From: Amoebophrya sp. A120
Lineage: Eukaryota > Protista > Dinoflagellata
Length of the DNA stretch: 64,000 nt
Reading direction: 5' to 3'
Assembly (NCBI GenBank): GCA_905178155.1
Contig: CAJINV010000019.1
Location: 1,224,913 to 1,288,912, forward strand
The translations under genes and the position numbers were made by a program. Below, one piece after another: positions 1-12,153 of this stretch (the stretch's first letter is position 1; every line of letters begins with the position of its first letter). The notes under the pieces are model-generated. The model worked only from the letters and a program-made list of their open reading frames with translations, did not search any database and was not told where the DNA came from.

Positions 1-38
1 CATCACAAGTTCCCAGTGCAAATAATTTGCACTTGATA
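1..38. mobile_element. Right end of a TIR introner (family A-like), truncated by the window edge
   Basis: Ends ...ATTTGCACTTGATA; open frame resumes downstream. Confidence 0.55.
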
Positions 39-43
39 GCAGC

Positions 44-2981
44 CGAGCGTGCACGAAACCATGTGGGAAAAGCAGGTTGAGTATCGTAAGGAAAAAATCC
101 TCCCTCCCCATTCAAAAAGGGCATACTTCTGAAAAGTTGTGATGCTGATTTGTGACCACAAATCGTCTCTGTATTGCAAGAAAGGAAACCCAGAGACTCT
201 GCCGCATTTTGCAGGCGGTTTGTGATGCTGCTAGACCTACAGGGGGGATCTCTGTCATGCCAAGTGCCTACGTCAGAACATCCCCGCCCAGGCTTTGCAT
301 CTGCCTGCGTTTCTCTACTGCAAGACACAGCTGATTTGTGTACACAGATCCCGCATCACAGATTTCGACTTCGATATGGCGAGGGGGGATTTTTCATTTT
401 GATATTGAGTATCGCAACGCGTCAAAGAGCTCGGGGGTGGGATCCGGAAACGAGAATGGTTGTTCATCATCTTCCGCGTCGTCCTCTTCGGCCAGGAGGG
501 GAGGTGGAGGTGCAACGGGAACAAATCAAAGAAATGCAAGTCAGAAAAACATCAACGCGGCTTTTTTGTACAACAACAATAGTCGGGGCAATTCGAAAAA
601 CAGCGGTCCTCTCGGCATGATCCCGTCCAAAACCAGCTCCGCTGGCACAGCGCGCACGACGTACAGCAGGTCTCACAGCAGCGTGGTTCTCGCGCCGTCA
701 TTCTCCCCCAACGCGGGGCGGACCAAGGACGTCGCGGTGGAGCGGGAGATCGGGAGTCTGTTTCATCCAGCGCCGAGGGCTCCATCAGCGGAGCAGGAGG
801 AGCAGGGTCTCGTCGTCGCTCCAGCTAATAAACTGGCACGACCTGCTTTGAAGACAGCAGAAGGCAAAAATAAGACCACGGCCGAAGTAGCGGCGTCCGC
901 GGGTCGTGTCCCTCCAGAACGGAAGACTCTTCCGCAGAGAAAAGCGAAGCAACAGGCGAAGTTGAAACAGGAAACTTTGTTGCCGCCGGAAGATGAGGAA
1001 GAAGATTCAGATTCAGATTTCGACGCAGAAGAACCAGCGGAGCGAGACGACTCTGAAGACAGTAGCAGCGAGGGGAATGAGGAAAATAGCAGTAGCGAAG
1101 AAGATGACAGCAGCAGTAACAACAGCCAAAGCAGCGAGAAGGAGGAGGTCGGGGAAAGACGGCCGCAAGGAGAAGGAGCAGGAAGTAGTAGTAGACAAAT
1201 AATAAAACAAGAGCCAAAAAATCCAGTGCTTGTCCCAGAGCAGGCCGGGCTGACGGAAGGGCAAAAGTTAAAACTTCCGATCGGCAGTGCGGTTAGTAGC
1301 AAGAATAATGAGCCGAACACGAAGAAAACCGGGTCCTCTCGTGGTCCACCAGATATGAAGAATCTACTCTTAGGTCCCCGGGTACCGATAGAACCCGGGC
1401 GCACGATGTCCATTGCAACGCTGCTGCGGGCGAAAACCTTTTTCAGGAAAAGGAAGAGCACTGGAAGTAGTGTCTTGTCGAGCCGAAGGCGGAGGGAAAC
1501 GAATGAGAAAGGGAACAATTGTAAAGAGGGATCAAATATTAAACAAGCGCGTGATGAAGTACAAGATGACATCAAGGCGAGGACCACCGACAAACCAGAA
1601 GCAAAGATGATGACATCCTCAAACGCAAAACCGGCCACAGCATCGCGAAACCAACCGACGACCAGTCGGAGTCTTGAACAAAACCCAGCGGGCGGGGGTA
1701 AGAAATCTTCCACGTCTTTGCTGCTACTGCAACCCCCAGGAACTTCTACTGTTGTAGCTGGTGGCGGTCCAAATGCAAATGCTACCGGTAAGAGTCAGAC
1801 TTCATCATCCCTCCCCACCATCCATTATGAGCTGCGTTGGCCGAAACTTTTGGGAATCGAGGACCAGTTTCTGGATGACACGGCGATACCACACGCGGAA
1901 GTTATAAACACGATGACGAGTGACGAGCAAATTTCTTCAGCTTCATCCGGGATGGAAAACAACAACAGTAGTAGTTTTGGTAATTTGAATTTCGTTTTCG
2001 GACCAAGAAATTTCTTCCAGCCAGGAACAGTGGGTACAGGTGCGAATTATAATCCAAGCGGCAGCACCAGCAGCAGCAGAGCTTTTCCCCCCTTCGCAGA
2101 TCCGTTCGTAAACCCATTTGGAGGTGGACAGCAACGTAAAAACCAGCAGCCTAATTATGATAAACACCAATGCGACTCGTTTGTGTTCTTCGCAACGAAT
2201 AACTCCAGCGACAACAAAAATTTGAACGCACCAGCATCAACGTCTTCCTGGATAAACGCAGACCATCAAACCCCGCGAGCAAACATGATGACAAATAACC
2301 AGGATCCTCCAGATGCGAACGCGTCCTCGCGTCTCGTTATCGAACAGGACCGGAACAAGAACTTTATTATTACCCAGGGCGAATACCGAAACCAAATCGT
2401 CTCCGATCCGACCATATGGATCGCAAATATGTCTGGGTCTGGAAGAATGCAAGTTTGTCATGCTTGTCTGGCATGACTCGAGAATCTGTGTTGCATAGGC
2501 ACGAAAAGGCGCTGTTACCTGTCACGCAAAAACGCAATTTGCCATGCGGAATACGTAACACACGGCGGCCAAAAAAATTGTCATGCGTCGCTGCGTATTC
2601 AAGTGCGTCTATCATTTCTTTTTAGCATGATAGAAAGTTTCCAGACCCAGACATATTTGCATTTCATAGACCACCAAGCGCCAGCTCTACGTGTGGGGCG
2701 AGTTCCTCTCTCTGTTCTACCAAGCCGACCCCGTGCTAGTCTCCACGGTGTTGCACAAGCATTCTTTCCCCTACTTGCCGGAACAAACCCGAAAGGACGC
2801 CTGCTGGGCGCGGCGCAAGTGGCTGCTGTTCCTGGCGGAGGCCAGTGAGTGGCCGGGCTTCAAGAAGAACGTCACCTCGAATGCGTGCGTCTATCTGAAG
2901 GAACGACAGAACAGTTTACTGGATGTTTTGATCCGGAAAATGCCCGAAGAAATACTCACACAAGTGGTGCGGTTTTTATGA
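44..2981 (+). CDS. Hypothetical low-complexity (Ser/Asn/Glu-rich) protein, 5'-partial, with an F-box-like motif at the extreme C-terminus; exons 44-81, 410-2414, 2674-2981
   Basis: Removing elements 82-404 and 2415-2668, each with one 5-bp TSD, joins ...ETMWEKQVE|YRNASKSS...SDPT|TKRQLYVWGEF...KMPEEILTQVVRFL* in one frame (links ORFs 338..2476 and 2691..2981). Confidence 0.8.
82..404. mobile_element. TIR introner, family B
   Basis: TATCGTAAGGAAAAAATCCTCCC...GGGGGATTTTTCATTTTGATA; perfect TSD TTGAG. Confidence 0.92.
2415..2668. mobile_element. TIR introner, family A
   Basis: TATGGATCGCAAATATGTCTGGGTCTGGAA...TTCCAGACCCAGACATATTTGCATTTCATA; perfect TSD GACCA. Confidence 0.95.
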
Positions 2982-3657
2982 GATGCCGAGTCATTTTGCT
3001 AGTGCGGCCGGTCTTCTTGCGAATGATATAATCACAATAGAAAATGCAGTGAAGCAATAGAGAATTTATTCTTGAAGTGTTTTTTTGCTATGCTACAAGG
3101 TACCCCTGTCTACCTAAAACGAACGTGTATTCTTCTGTTCGGCGACGCGTTTTGTGCTTGATATAATGAAGACGTGAGTTTATTATGTGCAACATACTGA
3201 CGACAAGAAGCAAAAATGTACTTCACATCTACGATCATTGTCACGCTGCAGGAACAGCGCGAGCGGTTTTGGCATCGGCGTCTTCTAGTGGGTGCGAATT
3301 GTTCTGTTCGAGAATTGTGGCTTTTGAGTAACAGACAACTGCGTTGCCCGGCCGGTTTCGAGCGAATATGCTTCTTCAGAGAAATAATGTGCAGCTGGGG
3401 TAATAAACATGACTGAGAGATGAAAGACGGGGCTCTTGGTTCCAGCAGCCGGCGCCCGGAGAGGAAAACGCGGGAGAGAAAATGCGCACCATGTCAAAGA
3501 CTGGAAGACACTGTAAATATGCTACATTCAGTTCACTTCGAATAGTACGTGGAGATTAGCGCGCTCTCAATTTGTAGAATAGTGCCCACAGAAGAAATTG
3601 ATCGCATCAAACAATATTAAAAGCACAAAGCACGCACACGAAAACCTACAACTCATC

Positions 3658-4173
3658 ATGCCTCCCGCCGGCGAATCAGAATGGATGGGACACGGGCAGC
3701 CCCAGGTGGAGCTGCGGCGGTCCTACATCAAATTGCCCCGCGGCCGGGTTCACGCGGTGCCGAATAACAACTTGCACTACGACCCGAGCACCGGGGAGCC
3801 GCAGGTCGGCATCGCGTTTGTCCGCGGGAAGGATTCCCATTTGGTGGGTGCGGGCACGGTGCCCTTTCTGCGCACGGAGGAAACTACCCGGCCCGGAGCG
3901 AACCAGACGCTCGGGCCCAGCGGTCGATTTGTCGGCTCAAAATTGTACCAGAACGAATGGGTGTTTACCCCGGGGGAGGAGCAGGTCTTTTGCAGCGACG
4001 TGCTGGAAAAGGCAGGGTACGACGAACACGGACACGCCATCTATTACGACCGACCGCGGCGGGAACTGAAGGCGAAGCTTGCCGCCGACCGGATCGAAGA
4101 CGGAAGGAGGGAGCTGCTGGCGAGTATGGGTTTGGGACTTGGTCTGGCTGGGTCACGACGTTTGATAGAGTAA
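3658..4173 (+). CDS. Hypothetical protein (may continue into downstream exons through the GTAAG at ~4170)
   Basis: GC-rich open frame from ATG 3658 (MPPAGESEWMGHG...); no recognised domain. Confidence 0.6.
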   Translation: MPPAGESEWMGHGQPQVELRRSYIKLPRGRVHAVPNNNLHYDPSTGEPQVGIAFVRGKDSHLVGAGTVPFLRTEETTRPGANQTLGPSGRFVGSKLYQNEWVFTPGEEQVFCSDVLEKAGYDEHGHAIYYDRPRRELKAKLAADRIEDGRRELLASMGLGLGLAGSRRLIE

Positions 4174-4335
4174 GACGTGTGTTGGATAGGTAAGCATGAC
4201 AGGTGCATTTTGTGATGCTGATTTGCAATGAGAACTTGCAGTCAGCTGCAGTAGAGAGCAGGGCCTGGTTCACGATTTTCCCGTGCATAGCAGGAGAACA
4301 AGCGGAGCACCAAGCGGTGGAGAATGCGGCAATTC

Positions 4336-4546
4336 TATCGCAAGAAAAAAGTGTTACAGTTACACATTGTGTTGCAAGACCGGCAACACAGACAACCTCT
4401 CTCATGCAGGAAATGCTTGGGAGCCTCGTTTCCTTCCTGTTTTCCCTTATGATCTTCGCATTACAAGTTTTCTCTGCCAGACAGAGAAAATTTGTGATGC
4501 AGAAACTCCAACAAATGTGTAACTGTAACACTTTTTTCTCGTGATA
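4336..4546. mobile_element. TIR element, family D (211 bp)
   Basis: TATCGCAAGAAAAAAGTGTTACAGTTACACATT...AATGTGTAACTGTAACACTTTTTTCTCGTGATA; perfect TSD AATTC; reverse-orientation homologue of 53263-53473. Host exon not resolved. Confidence 0.93.
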
Positions 4547-4921
4547 AATTCAGAAGCCGTATTTATTTTCGATATTAAGTAACCTCCAACCTGGTGCTCG
4601 TGTCTCTTTCTTTTTGCGATTGCTTGCTGAGAAAACGAAAAGTTGCTCCGTCACACGGCATAAAATCGGCATGACACAATGAAACACTACTCCACAGGCA
4701 CTACTACGATAGCTACAGTGGTTACGCAGCTTGAAAACCAGCAGCTCGAAGAGCGGTCTTTCTTCTTGGCGGATGGCACACCAGGCATGAAACAAAATCT
4801 TCTCTCTTTTTGTTTTGATGTATGCAAGTGTTGCATGAACTAGCAAGAATAGGACAAGCCTTCATCTTTGACGCAATTTATTCGTGCATCTTCGTTGCAA
4901 AAATCTCTTCCGGCGGCATGA

Positions 4922-5776
4922 AGAAAGCTGAGAAGTGTCGACGACGCCGCGCCGAAAAGAAAGCCGGTCTCTTTTCTCCACCATACTTCGGCCACACTAG
5001 TGCAGCGCAATGGGAAGTACGTCGCGGCAGCGGAGCAACCGATGGCCTGGGACTCCATCTTTGATGACCTGTTTGATTTCGATAACTTCAGAATCCGCTG
5101 GCCCTATGACGACCCAGACCGGAATAAGTTGCTGCACCAAGACGTTTACGACTGGTATTTGAATAAGTAGGTTGAGTTTATTTCTTCGTTCTGAACAAGA
5201 TCTGCAAGCCGTGAGTTCAGCATGAGAAGCTATGGTTCTGTCGCTGCTGTTCTGCATGAGAAGTGTTGGAGCGCTGCGGTGTCAACATGGCTTTATCTCA
5301 CCTGTTCAGCATTACAGAATCAACAGCAATCCATTCGAAAAATAAATCAGGTATGACCGCGCTAATCCATATCTGGAGCGCGACGAGGACGTGATGATTA
5401 CGGAAACTTTACGACAAAGAGAAAATCTGTACATGTAAAGTCATATATTAGCATTAGAAACTGCCTTTCTCATGCTAGATCATGCATGACAGACTTTTTC
5501 TTTTTCCCCCTCATACCCGGCATCCGCGTACGTGGAAGAGAAGCCGACGCTTGACCCGGGCGGTTTATGGAAATGAGAAAAGCCTTTTTTCTACGGCGAT
5601 CTTTTGTCATGCGGGTCTTGCATTATAGACTGAGTGTACTTGTCATGCTGATATCACTAGCCACAGCTTGGTGTAAAAACTTTGATGCAGCAAAAGATCA
5701 ATGCCTTTTCAATCTTTTTCCATACCCGTTTTTCGCTGCCCTGGATGACGTGCTGGAGTCTCTGAAGCCCTACTAA
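4922..5776 (+). CDS. 3' part of a hypothetical protein; exons ~4922-5154, 5351-5409, 5521-5565, 5730-5776
   Basis: GT-AG intron 5155-5350 plus two eroded TIR introns give a continuous frame ...LHQDVYDW|YDRANPYLERDEDVMITET|SSAYVEEKPTLDPGG|FFAALDDVLESLKPY*. 5' end not resolved. Confidence 0.5.
5410..5515. mobile_element. Eroded TIR intron
   Basis: TACGACAAAGAGAAAATCTG...CAGACTTTTTCTTTTTCCCCCTCATA; no TSD match; element+5 nt restores the frame. Confidence 0.4.
5566..5724. mobile_element. Eroded TIR intron
   Basis: TATGGAAATGAGAAAAG...CTTTTCAATCTTTTTCCATA; flanks CGGTT/CCCGT; element+5 nt restores the frame. Confidence 0.6.
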
Positions 5777-6430
5777 GGAGTTACCGGAACAGAATTTGTC
5801 ATGCAAAATGGTGTTACGGAGCATAATTCTTACTTTTGATGGCACTAGTGCTAGCGACGTTTCAAAGAAGATGGCAGACAAAAGACACAGATTCCACCAC
5901 AACTTCGGATCGTTTAAGTCAAGAACTCGACCACTAGAAAATACTTTTACAACTGTACAAAGCAGGGTCCAACATCTTCTTTTCTCGAATCTGCACAGCA
6001 AATTAACAGGCTTGTTTCCCACAAACAGTCAATCTGGGAGCTTCGCGTTGTCACGATGCTTTGGTCGTCGTGATAAAGAAGGCACACATGATTCACGCGA
6101 ACCCTTCGTGTGGTCGTGAAGAGTTCATTTCCCAGGATACGGGGAGAATATTTGCATCTGTTAAGTACGCCTTTCAGACCTCCCGCATCTTGGTAGCGTG
6201 ATGGTTTAGTTGAGGACTAGTTCAGATACGATCTAGCGCTCAGAAAGACAGGATATTCGCCTCGTCTGCTTCTACCAGATGTATCCATAATATCCACCGT
6301 CCGCTGCGGTAATCACCACTACACCTGTAAGCATCAGGCGTTCTTGAGAGGAGCGGCGAAATTTTTTGCGAGGTAAAGCGAGGCGGTGCACCAGATTCTA
6401 AGTTCAGTTCGTGTAAGGTAGAAGTACAAG

Positions 6431-9400
6431 ATGTCGTATGAACGCGCAAAAACAATATCTTGCAATACATAGGGGATGAACCCTTGTTGTGCATTGGACA
6501 GAGCATGCGATAATGGCATTTTTCATGTGACGCGATCATTTTTGCATCTGAATGGTTCTTGCAGCAGATCGTGCCTCTTTCGTCAGAAAATCTTGAAAAA
6601 ATTATCCCGTTTAATTGCAAGAGAACTTTTCAGCACTTCTGTCCATACCGCAGAATCGTCCTACCAGCACTACGGCGACCGGGCGTTTTATGGATAGAAA
6701 AAGCTGCAAGCACAGCGAGTTTGTCGTGCGGAACCTGCGTAACTGATCCGCGTTGTGATGCAGAAATAGGATGAACCATTCGCCTCATCGATGCACGGTA
6801 TGATTTGTTCGCATGACAAATCTGGCACAGCTGCTCTTTCTAGATCTCCATACCCCAGCCCACAGGTCCTCCGGCCCCGGCGCTGCGATAGCGGGAACGA
6901 GCACGAACGAAGCATTTCGGATGCGGAAATCGATATCGCAGTCAGCAAAGACCATACAGAACAGGATACAATTATGGAAATGTGAAGCGAAGTTTTTTTT
7001 GAGGAAACTGACTTGTATTCCTTAGTAGCAGAGAAGTTGTCTTCACAGAGAGACAACAACTTCTAGTTGCAGGTTTATGCACCCACGAAATATAGTACTG
7101 CTATTTGTCAGAGTACTTGATCAAACTTCACGTTTTTTTCTCTCCATATTCGTACTTCAAGGTAAGTCAAAATCCAAGAGTCAAATTTGCTGGTCCCACA
7201 GTTTTGAATTTGATGTCGCGATTCACTGTGTTGCATTCACATAATCCTGCTCGCATGACCACAGATGTGGTGCTGGTGTGGTCACCAGCTGTGTATTACT
7301 TCAAAAAATGCAACGTACTATCACACTGAATAAAACAGCGAGAAGAAGACAAGATCTGGAAGGGGCTGGAGGAAGTGAGACGGCAAGCGGCAATATCAAA
7401 AGGAAAAATCCCCCCTCCCCATATCGAAAACGAAATTTGTGATGCTGTATTTGAGTACACAAATCGACTTGTAATGCTAGAAGGCCAAGAGACGCAGCTC
7501 TGGCCTTGTTTGCAGGCAATTTGTCATGCTGTTTCCCACTTCCAGCTGCTCCCTGTCATGCTGAAGATGCAAGGCTTTCCCACGCCAACCAGCACTACAG
7601 TCCGCATCTTTTCCATTCTAGCATGACAAAGCTGATTTGTGACTACATATCTGCATCACAAATTTCTAGTTTGAGTATGGGGTGGGGGGATTTTTCACTT
7701 TGATAGGCAAAGATAGAAGATGGTCGAGGGCGGATGCTGGAAAAGAAGCTCGCGGATAAAACGGTACAAAGTAGTTGCTTTGTCATGCAGAAGACGCATG
7801 GCAAATTTATTTGACATGCGTACTTACGACCACACTGGTAGAAGTGCGTGCTGTAGAGCCTAACTGGTCTAAGAGTGACATAGAAACTAAATGTCAAAAA
7901 ATCCACCAGCTCACCCAGCGGCGCGCGCAGGACTATTACGAGCGTAAGATGCAAGTTACTTCTATGCGGGCTTATGGAAAATGAAATCTGTCGTTTCTGC
8001 AAATGCGGTAATTCGGTTCTTGCAAATGACACACAGAGACTTCCCTTGAACAAAGTTGTGCATCAAGTGTTTTATCATGCTGGCCCTCGAGTTCTTGTAG
8101 AAGGAGGAAGTTAGAAGTAGTAACAAAATTATACCTGCGAAGACCGTCACATCACCCATTTCCCTCCCATACCCCAAACCTGGAGCACGGCAAAGCCAAC
8201 ACGCGGGCAGAGCTCAACTCGCTCCGCGCAAGTCAGGGCCGGATGCGGAAGCAAGAAGCCCAAGATATCAAATGCAAAAATGTCTGGGTCTGGAAGAGTC
8301 ATGCTGTTTTTACATGACACAGAAGGTCTGGCATGGACGCTCCAGCATCACAGGTGTTGAGAAGCTTCCGCGGTGCCGAATCCGCATGACAAATCCCCTA
8401 TTTTGGTGACAGAAAGCGGGCAGCTTTTGCTGCCTATGCATGGGAGATTTTTCTGTGTTCTGAAATGCGCATCACAAGTTTGTATTGTTGCAGACCCAGA
8501 CATATTTGCAATCCATACAAGACGCCTACCGACAAAAACAGGCGGCGGACCAGGCGAGAAAATTGGCCAACGCCGAGCGGGTGCTCGCGCAGCAGCGAGA
8601 GCAGCTGGAGGCAAAACTGCGGATCAATCAAGAGCGGGTACAGTAGAAGAAGGAAGTCTTTGATGATGATACATAGTGCCATCAAAGTTGTTTTGCATGG
8701 CAGATTTCGATTTCCATTCCTCGAAAACAAAGAGAATTCATCGTAGTGTAGTTGTACAACCACTGCGCATGACAGAAGCAACTACTCATGCAAGCGCTAC
8801 ATCAGAAGCAGCTCGTTCGAAAAACGACGAAAATATAAACAGGCGGACAGAATATCGCGGGTAAAACAAGACCAAGAGGCCGCGAGGAGAAAGCAGGAAA
8901 CGGAGTGTGAAATGATGCATACGAAAGTTGAACAAATGCTCGTCGATCGACTTTTTTTCTGCTTTCAGTTTTGTTGGATCTTGCACATTGGTTCGTTCGT
9001 ATATCTGTTACGCGCGGCGATGTGTATCTATGTGGTACGTTTCGACTTTCGAGTAGATCGGAAGATCGCATGACAAACTGAAGGAAAAGTCAGACATCGA
9101 GGGCGTTGTTGCACTTGCATATCCCACGCCCAAATACCGCAACTGGAGGAGGAGGAGATGCGCTGCCTGCAGAGATTGCAGAACAGCAGTAGAAATCATA
9201 TACATCAATTCACGATTTCGATTTGATACTGTTCGTCTCATTCTCGCATGACAGATTTCAACTTGTATGCTTCGACGCAATGAAAATCCTTTCTCTATAA
9301 TTCAACAGGAATCGTCACCCAATCCGTGCTTTCGGAGCTGGAGGGCAGCCTTGGCGCGCGCAACCCCGTGACCAATCTGCTGCGCGCGAAGGCGTTACGG

Positions 9401-9940
9401 ACCCAATCTGTGTTGGACGAGTCGCAGTTCGATTTAAACGCAGTGGCGGAGGAGGAAGAACATGAACACCACATCGAACAATCCGAGGCTGTTCCCCAGG
9501 AACAAGAGGTCGAAGGACAGCACTACCACTATCGTAAGCAAAAATCCCCCCTCCCCATATCGAAAGTGCAGCCAAAGAAAATTTGCAATGCTGATGTGTG
9601 ACCACGAATCGTCTCTGTCTTGCGAGAAGGCAACCCCACAGGCTACGCCGGATCATGCAGGCGGTTGGTGATGCTGCTCGGCTTACAGCATGGACATTCG
9701 TCACGCTCGGCGCGTACGTCAAAACTTCTCAGCTCAGGGCTTCCACACGCCTGCAGTCCGCTCCTGCGAGACAAATCCGATCTGTGTACGGAAGTCCAGC
9801 GTCAGAAACTTTGTTTCGATATGGGGACGGAGATTTTTGCTTTTGATAACCACATAGATAGCGACCAACTTCCTGCTGCGGCGATCCCAGGCGCCGCGGC
9901 CGCAGCCATGCCGCACCAGTTTCGGCCGGATCCGCGATAG
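6431..9940 (+). CDS. Coiled-coil hypothetical protein, ~13 exons (8 TIR-element introns, 4 GT-AG introns)
   Basis: Manual splice: MS|ESSYQHYGDRAF|AHRSS...IQNRIQ|YFK|REEDKIWKGLEEVRRQAA|KIEDG...|...QLEEEEMRCLQRLQNS|RIVTQSVLSELEG...QHYH|IDSDQ...PDPR*. The acceptor near 8795-8806 is uncertain. Confidence 0.75.
6437..6647. mobile_element. Eroded TIR intron directly after codons Met-Ser
   Basis: TATGAAC...TCTTGCAA / TTGCAAGA...GTCCATA; flanks TGTCG/CCGCA; frame restored. Confidence 0.6.
6689..6852. mobile_element. Eroded TIR intron
   Basis: TATGGATAGAAAAAGCTGC / GCTGCTCTTTCTAGATCTCCATA; flanks CGTTT/CCCCA; frame restored. Confidence 0.7.
6973..7148. mobile_element. Eroded TIR intron
   Basis: TATGGAAATGTGAAGCGAAGTTT / AAACTTCACGTTTTTTTCTCTCCATA; flanks ACAAT/TTCGT; followed by an 8-nt exon and GTAAGT. 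Confidence 0.7.
7394..7705. mobile_element. TIR introner, family B
   Basis: TATCAAAAGGAAAAATCCCCCCTCCCCATA...TATGGGGTGGGGGGATTTTTCACTTTGATA; perfect TSD GGCAA. Confidence 0.95.
7973..8171. mobile_element. Eroded TIR intron
   Basis: TATGGAAAATG / CATTTCCCTCCCATA; flanks GGGCT/CCCCA; frame restored (MRA|NLEHG). Confidence 0.55.
8266..8517. mobile_element. TIR introner, family A (252 bp)
   Basis: TATCAAATGCAAAAATGTCTGGGTCTGG...CAGACCCAGACATATTTGCAATCCATA; perfect TSD CAAGA; reverse-complement homologue of 63426-63677. Confidence 0.95.
8920..9121. mobile_element. Eroded TIR intron
   Basis: TACGAAAGTTGAACAA...TCGAT / ATCGAGGGCGTTGTTGCACTTGCATA; flanks ATGCA/TCCCA; frame restored (MMH|AQIPQLEEEE). 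Confidence 0.65.
9530..9848. mobile_element. TIR introner, family B
   Basis: TATCGTAAGCAAAAATCCCCCCTCCCCATATCGAAA...TTTCGATATGGGGACGGAGATTTTTGCTTTTGATA; perfect TSD ACCAC; internally similar to 82-404. Confidence 0.95.
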
Positions 9941-11159
9941 TGCTGGTCGGCGGAATTTTCTAGCTCCGACGTCGTCGGGAGGAAAAAATTGGTTGCCGGG
10001 TGTGTGATTCTGATTTTCCTGCGCAGCATAATGCTTCTCCTCGAATTATGGAGAGCCAGTTTGCACGATGATGATCACGAAAAGCTGCAAAATAATTATA
10101 CGCACTTCCTGCTTCTATCAGAGAGAGTGACGTGTGTCACGATTTTTGCGATTGAGAGGACTCTTGAATTCGAATTGACAAAAAAACTTTTTGTAGAATT
10201 CTCGGCTTCTTGAGCGGCCTTTATTTGGAGTTTGCGGTGTTCGCGCATCGTTTCATTAGGGATAGACGAAGCATAGAGACGAGTTCTGCGAGGAAGAGTC
10301 CTTGGCGTGCGAGAAAGAGAAAGAATCAGTACACGACGAGGGGCGATGAAAAGGTTTCACTGTTGTATCCGCAGCTTTATTATCGCGTCGTGCGTTTTTT
10401 CGAGAATGGAAGGCTACCGTGTTAGTAGACGACTAGTTGTACATTTTAGATTCATCTATTCGTTGCGAGTGGTTGCAGCTGGTTTAAAGAGGCTGGAGAA
10501 CGTGTGGATTCGCTCGTTCGCGTAGTTCTTTCTGCCTAGGTTTTCAAGTACCAGCGTCGTCGTGCGTACGTAAAGATGGAACTACGAACAATGCAGCGCC
10601 CTCTCTCATGCGTTCCTATATATTGATGCATTCGCATCCAATTCCTGACAAACGAACTGAATTCAACGTGTAGCAAAGCCTAAATAGAAAAGGACCTTGT
10701 ACTTCTTTTGTCTTTATCGTTGGGCGATAGTTCGTATTAACATCCTAAACCTTCTCTCGTTGTCACGACGTGGCTTGTTCTTCAGCCTACGAATTCATGT
10801 TAACAAGTATCCGATCTGTATATGCGAAAGTAGAAAACAAGTAAAAGTGTTTTTTCATTGGGCGAGAACTAAGTACTACCACGATAAAAATCGTTCCTGA
10901 AGCTCGCAAAAATAAAGACAAAAACCATGAAATCTGATTCGTCTTCCGCCTCCAGGAGGCGCTGAGCAGCGGCTGGACTGTCGCATCAGCAGCTGGTAGA
11001 ATTGGAAAGAATACAGCAACCGGTGGAAGACTTCTTCTACGGATGCTAAACCTGCCGCCGCACAAATAGTAAAACGGCAAGAAAGACGAGGACCGCACAG
11101 CGGAGGTAGAAGTCGACGACAGGTACTGGAACGAGTTGACCACAGATTTCAGCAAAAAA

Positions 11160-12153
11160 ATGACGGAGGGCGGCTACCTGATTTACACGGAGGACAGCCT
11201 GGGCACGCTGTTTCTGAAGTGGAGCAAGGAGCCAGTCGAAAACGCATTAGCCTTTTTCGAGGCCGGCAAACCAATACCGGCGTTCAAATTCACCACGAAC
11301 CAGTATGGAATGGGAGATTTTTACTTGCGTGTAAGTTGGTTCTGAGGCGGATAGAAGGATTGTCAACGTTGTTTTGCATCAAAACTTTTTTGCATTTTCG
11401 TTTTGTTTCGAAGGAAATTCACGAACAAGAGTAATAATTATGTGCATCAGACATTTACATTTTTTTTGTCCTGCAAAACTGGAACCGATATAATGAATCA
11501 CACAAAATCTTCCGACATCGATAACCAAGGCCGGTTTCAGCTGATGAAGGGCTGTCAGGACAAGCAGAAATTTTTCGAGGGCTGGGGCGCGTTTCTAAAG
11601 GAAGCGCTTTGCCGGTAGAAGGTCGCGTTTGTAATGTATCTTCAAATTTATAATATGGTGACTGACAACTAATCGCAGTTGTCATGCGTGGTCGACGTGA
11701 TGAACTGATGTCACAGCAAAACGCCAAAAAACACAATAATTATCAGGTTCAACGCGACCAGCCTTGCGGTTTACGCAAAACAAAACGCGCGCGAAGACGT
11801 GCAGGTGGTCTTTCTCGAGCGCGGAACCTCCGCGGTGCAGCGAATAGAGCCCAACGGAAAGTGGAGCGGTGACATCACGAGTTTGTTCGCTTTCGCCGTG
11901 GTGCCGGTGGATAACGAGACCTACAACTGCGGCACTCTGGACCAGAATCTATTCGTGTCAAAAGGTATAAAGATGTTCTAGTTCGAATTTTGTATTGCTC
12001 CTGGACTTGAATTATGACAAATAAAGGTAAAACGGGTTTATTCGAAATTTGTAATGCTTCCTAGAATACTAGTACACATATGTCAACGCCGGTAATGCAA
12101 AATCACCTATCTAACCAGCGAAAATCGAGGGCTGCGGGTACTCGCTGAACTGA
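11160..12153 (+). CDS. Immune-mapped protein (IMP1/IMP2)-like protein, ~160 aa; exons 11160-11303, 11529-11614, 11747-11964, 12119-12153 (possible alternative last exon 12493-12707)
   Basis: Spliced product GGYLIYTEDSLGTLFLKWSKEPVENALAFFEAGKPIPAFKFTTNQGRFQLMKG...FFEGWGAFLKEA resembles the IMP N-terminal domain of apicomplexans, recognised from memory and not searched. Exons sum to 483 nt. Two GT-AG introns and one TIR intron. Confidence 0.75.
11304..11523. mobile_element. Eroded TIR intron in the IMP-like gene
   Basis: TATGGAATGGGAGATTTT / AAAATCTTCCGACATCGATA; TSD ACCAG/ACCAA; gives KFTTNQ|GRFQL. Confidence 0.8.

Noticed and set aside
77-414. Apparent 10-bp direct repeat TTGAGTATCG at the first element
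   Set aside because: The TSD is the usual 5 bp; the extension arises because the following exon happens to begin TATCG like the TIR.
763-1713. Long minus-strand ORFs (also 22726-23520, 27930-28730, 57042-57677, 60567-61322)
   Set aside because: Antisense shadows of + strand coding or low-complexity sequence with no recognisable domains.
11303-11529. Canonical GT-AG reading of the first IMP-gene intron (GTATGG...CCAAG)
   Set aside because: It would remove 227 nt and shift the frame; the 225-nt element+5 removal preserves the IMP-like sequence.
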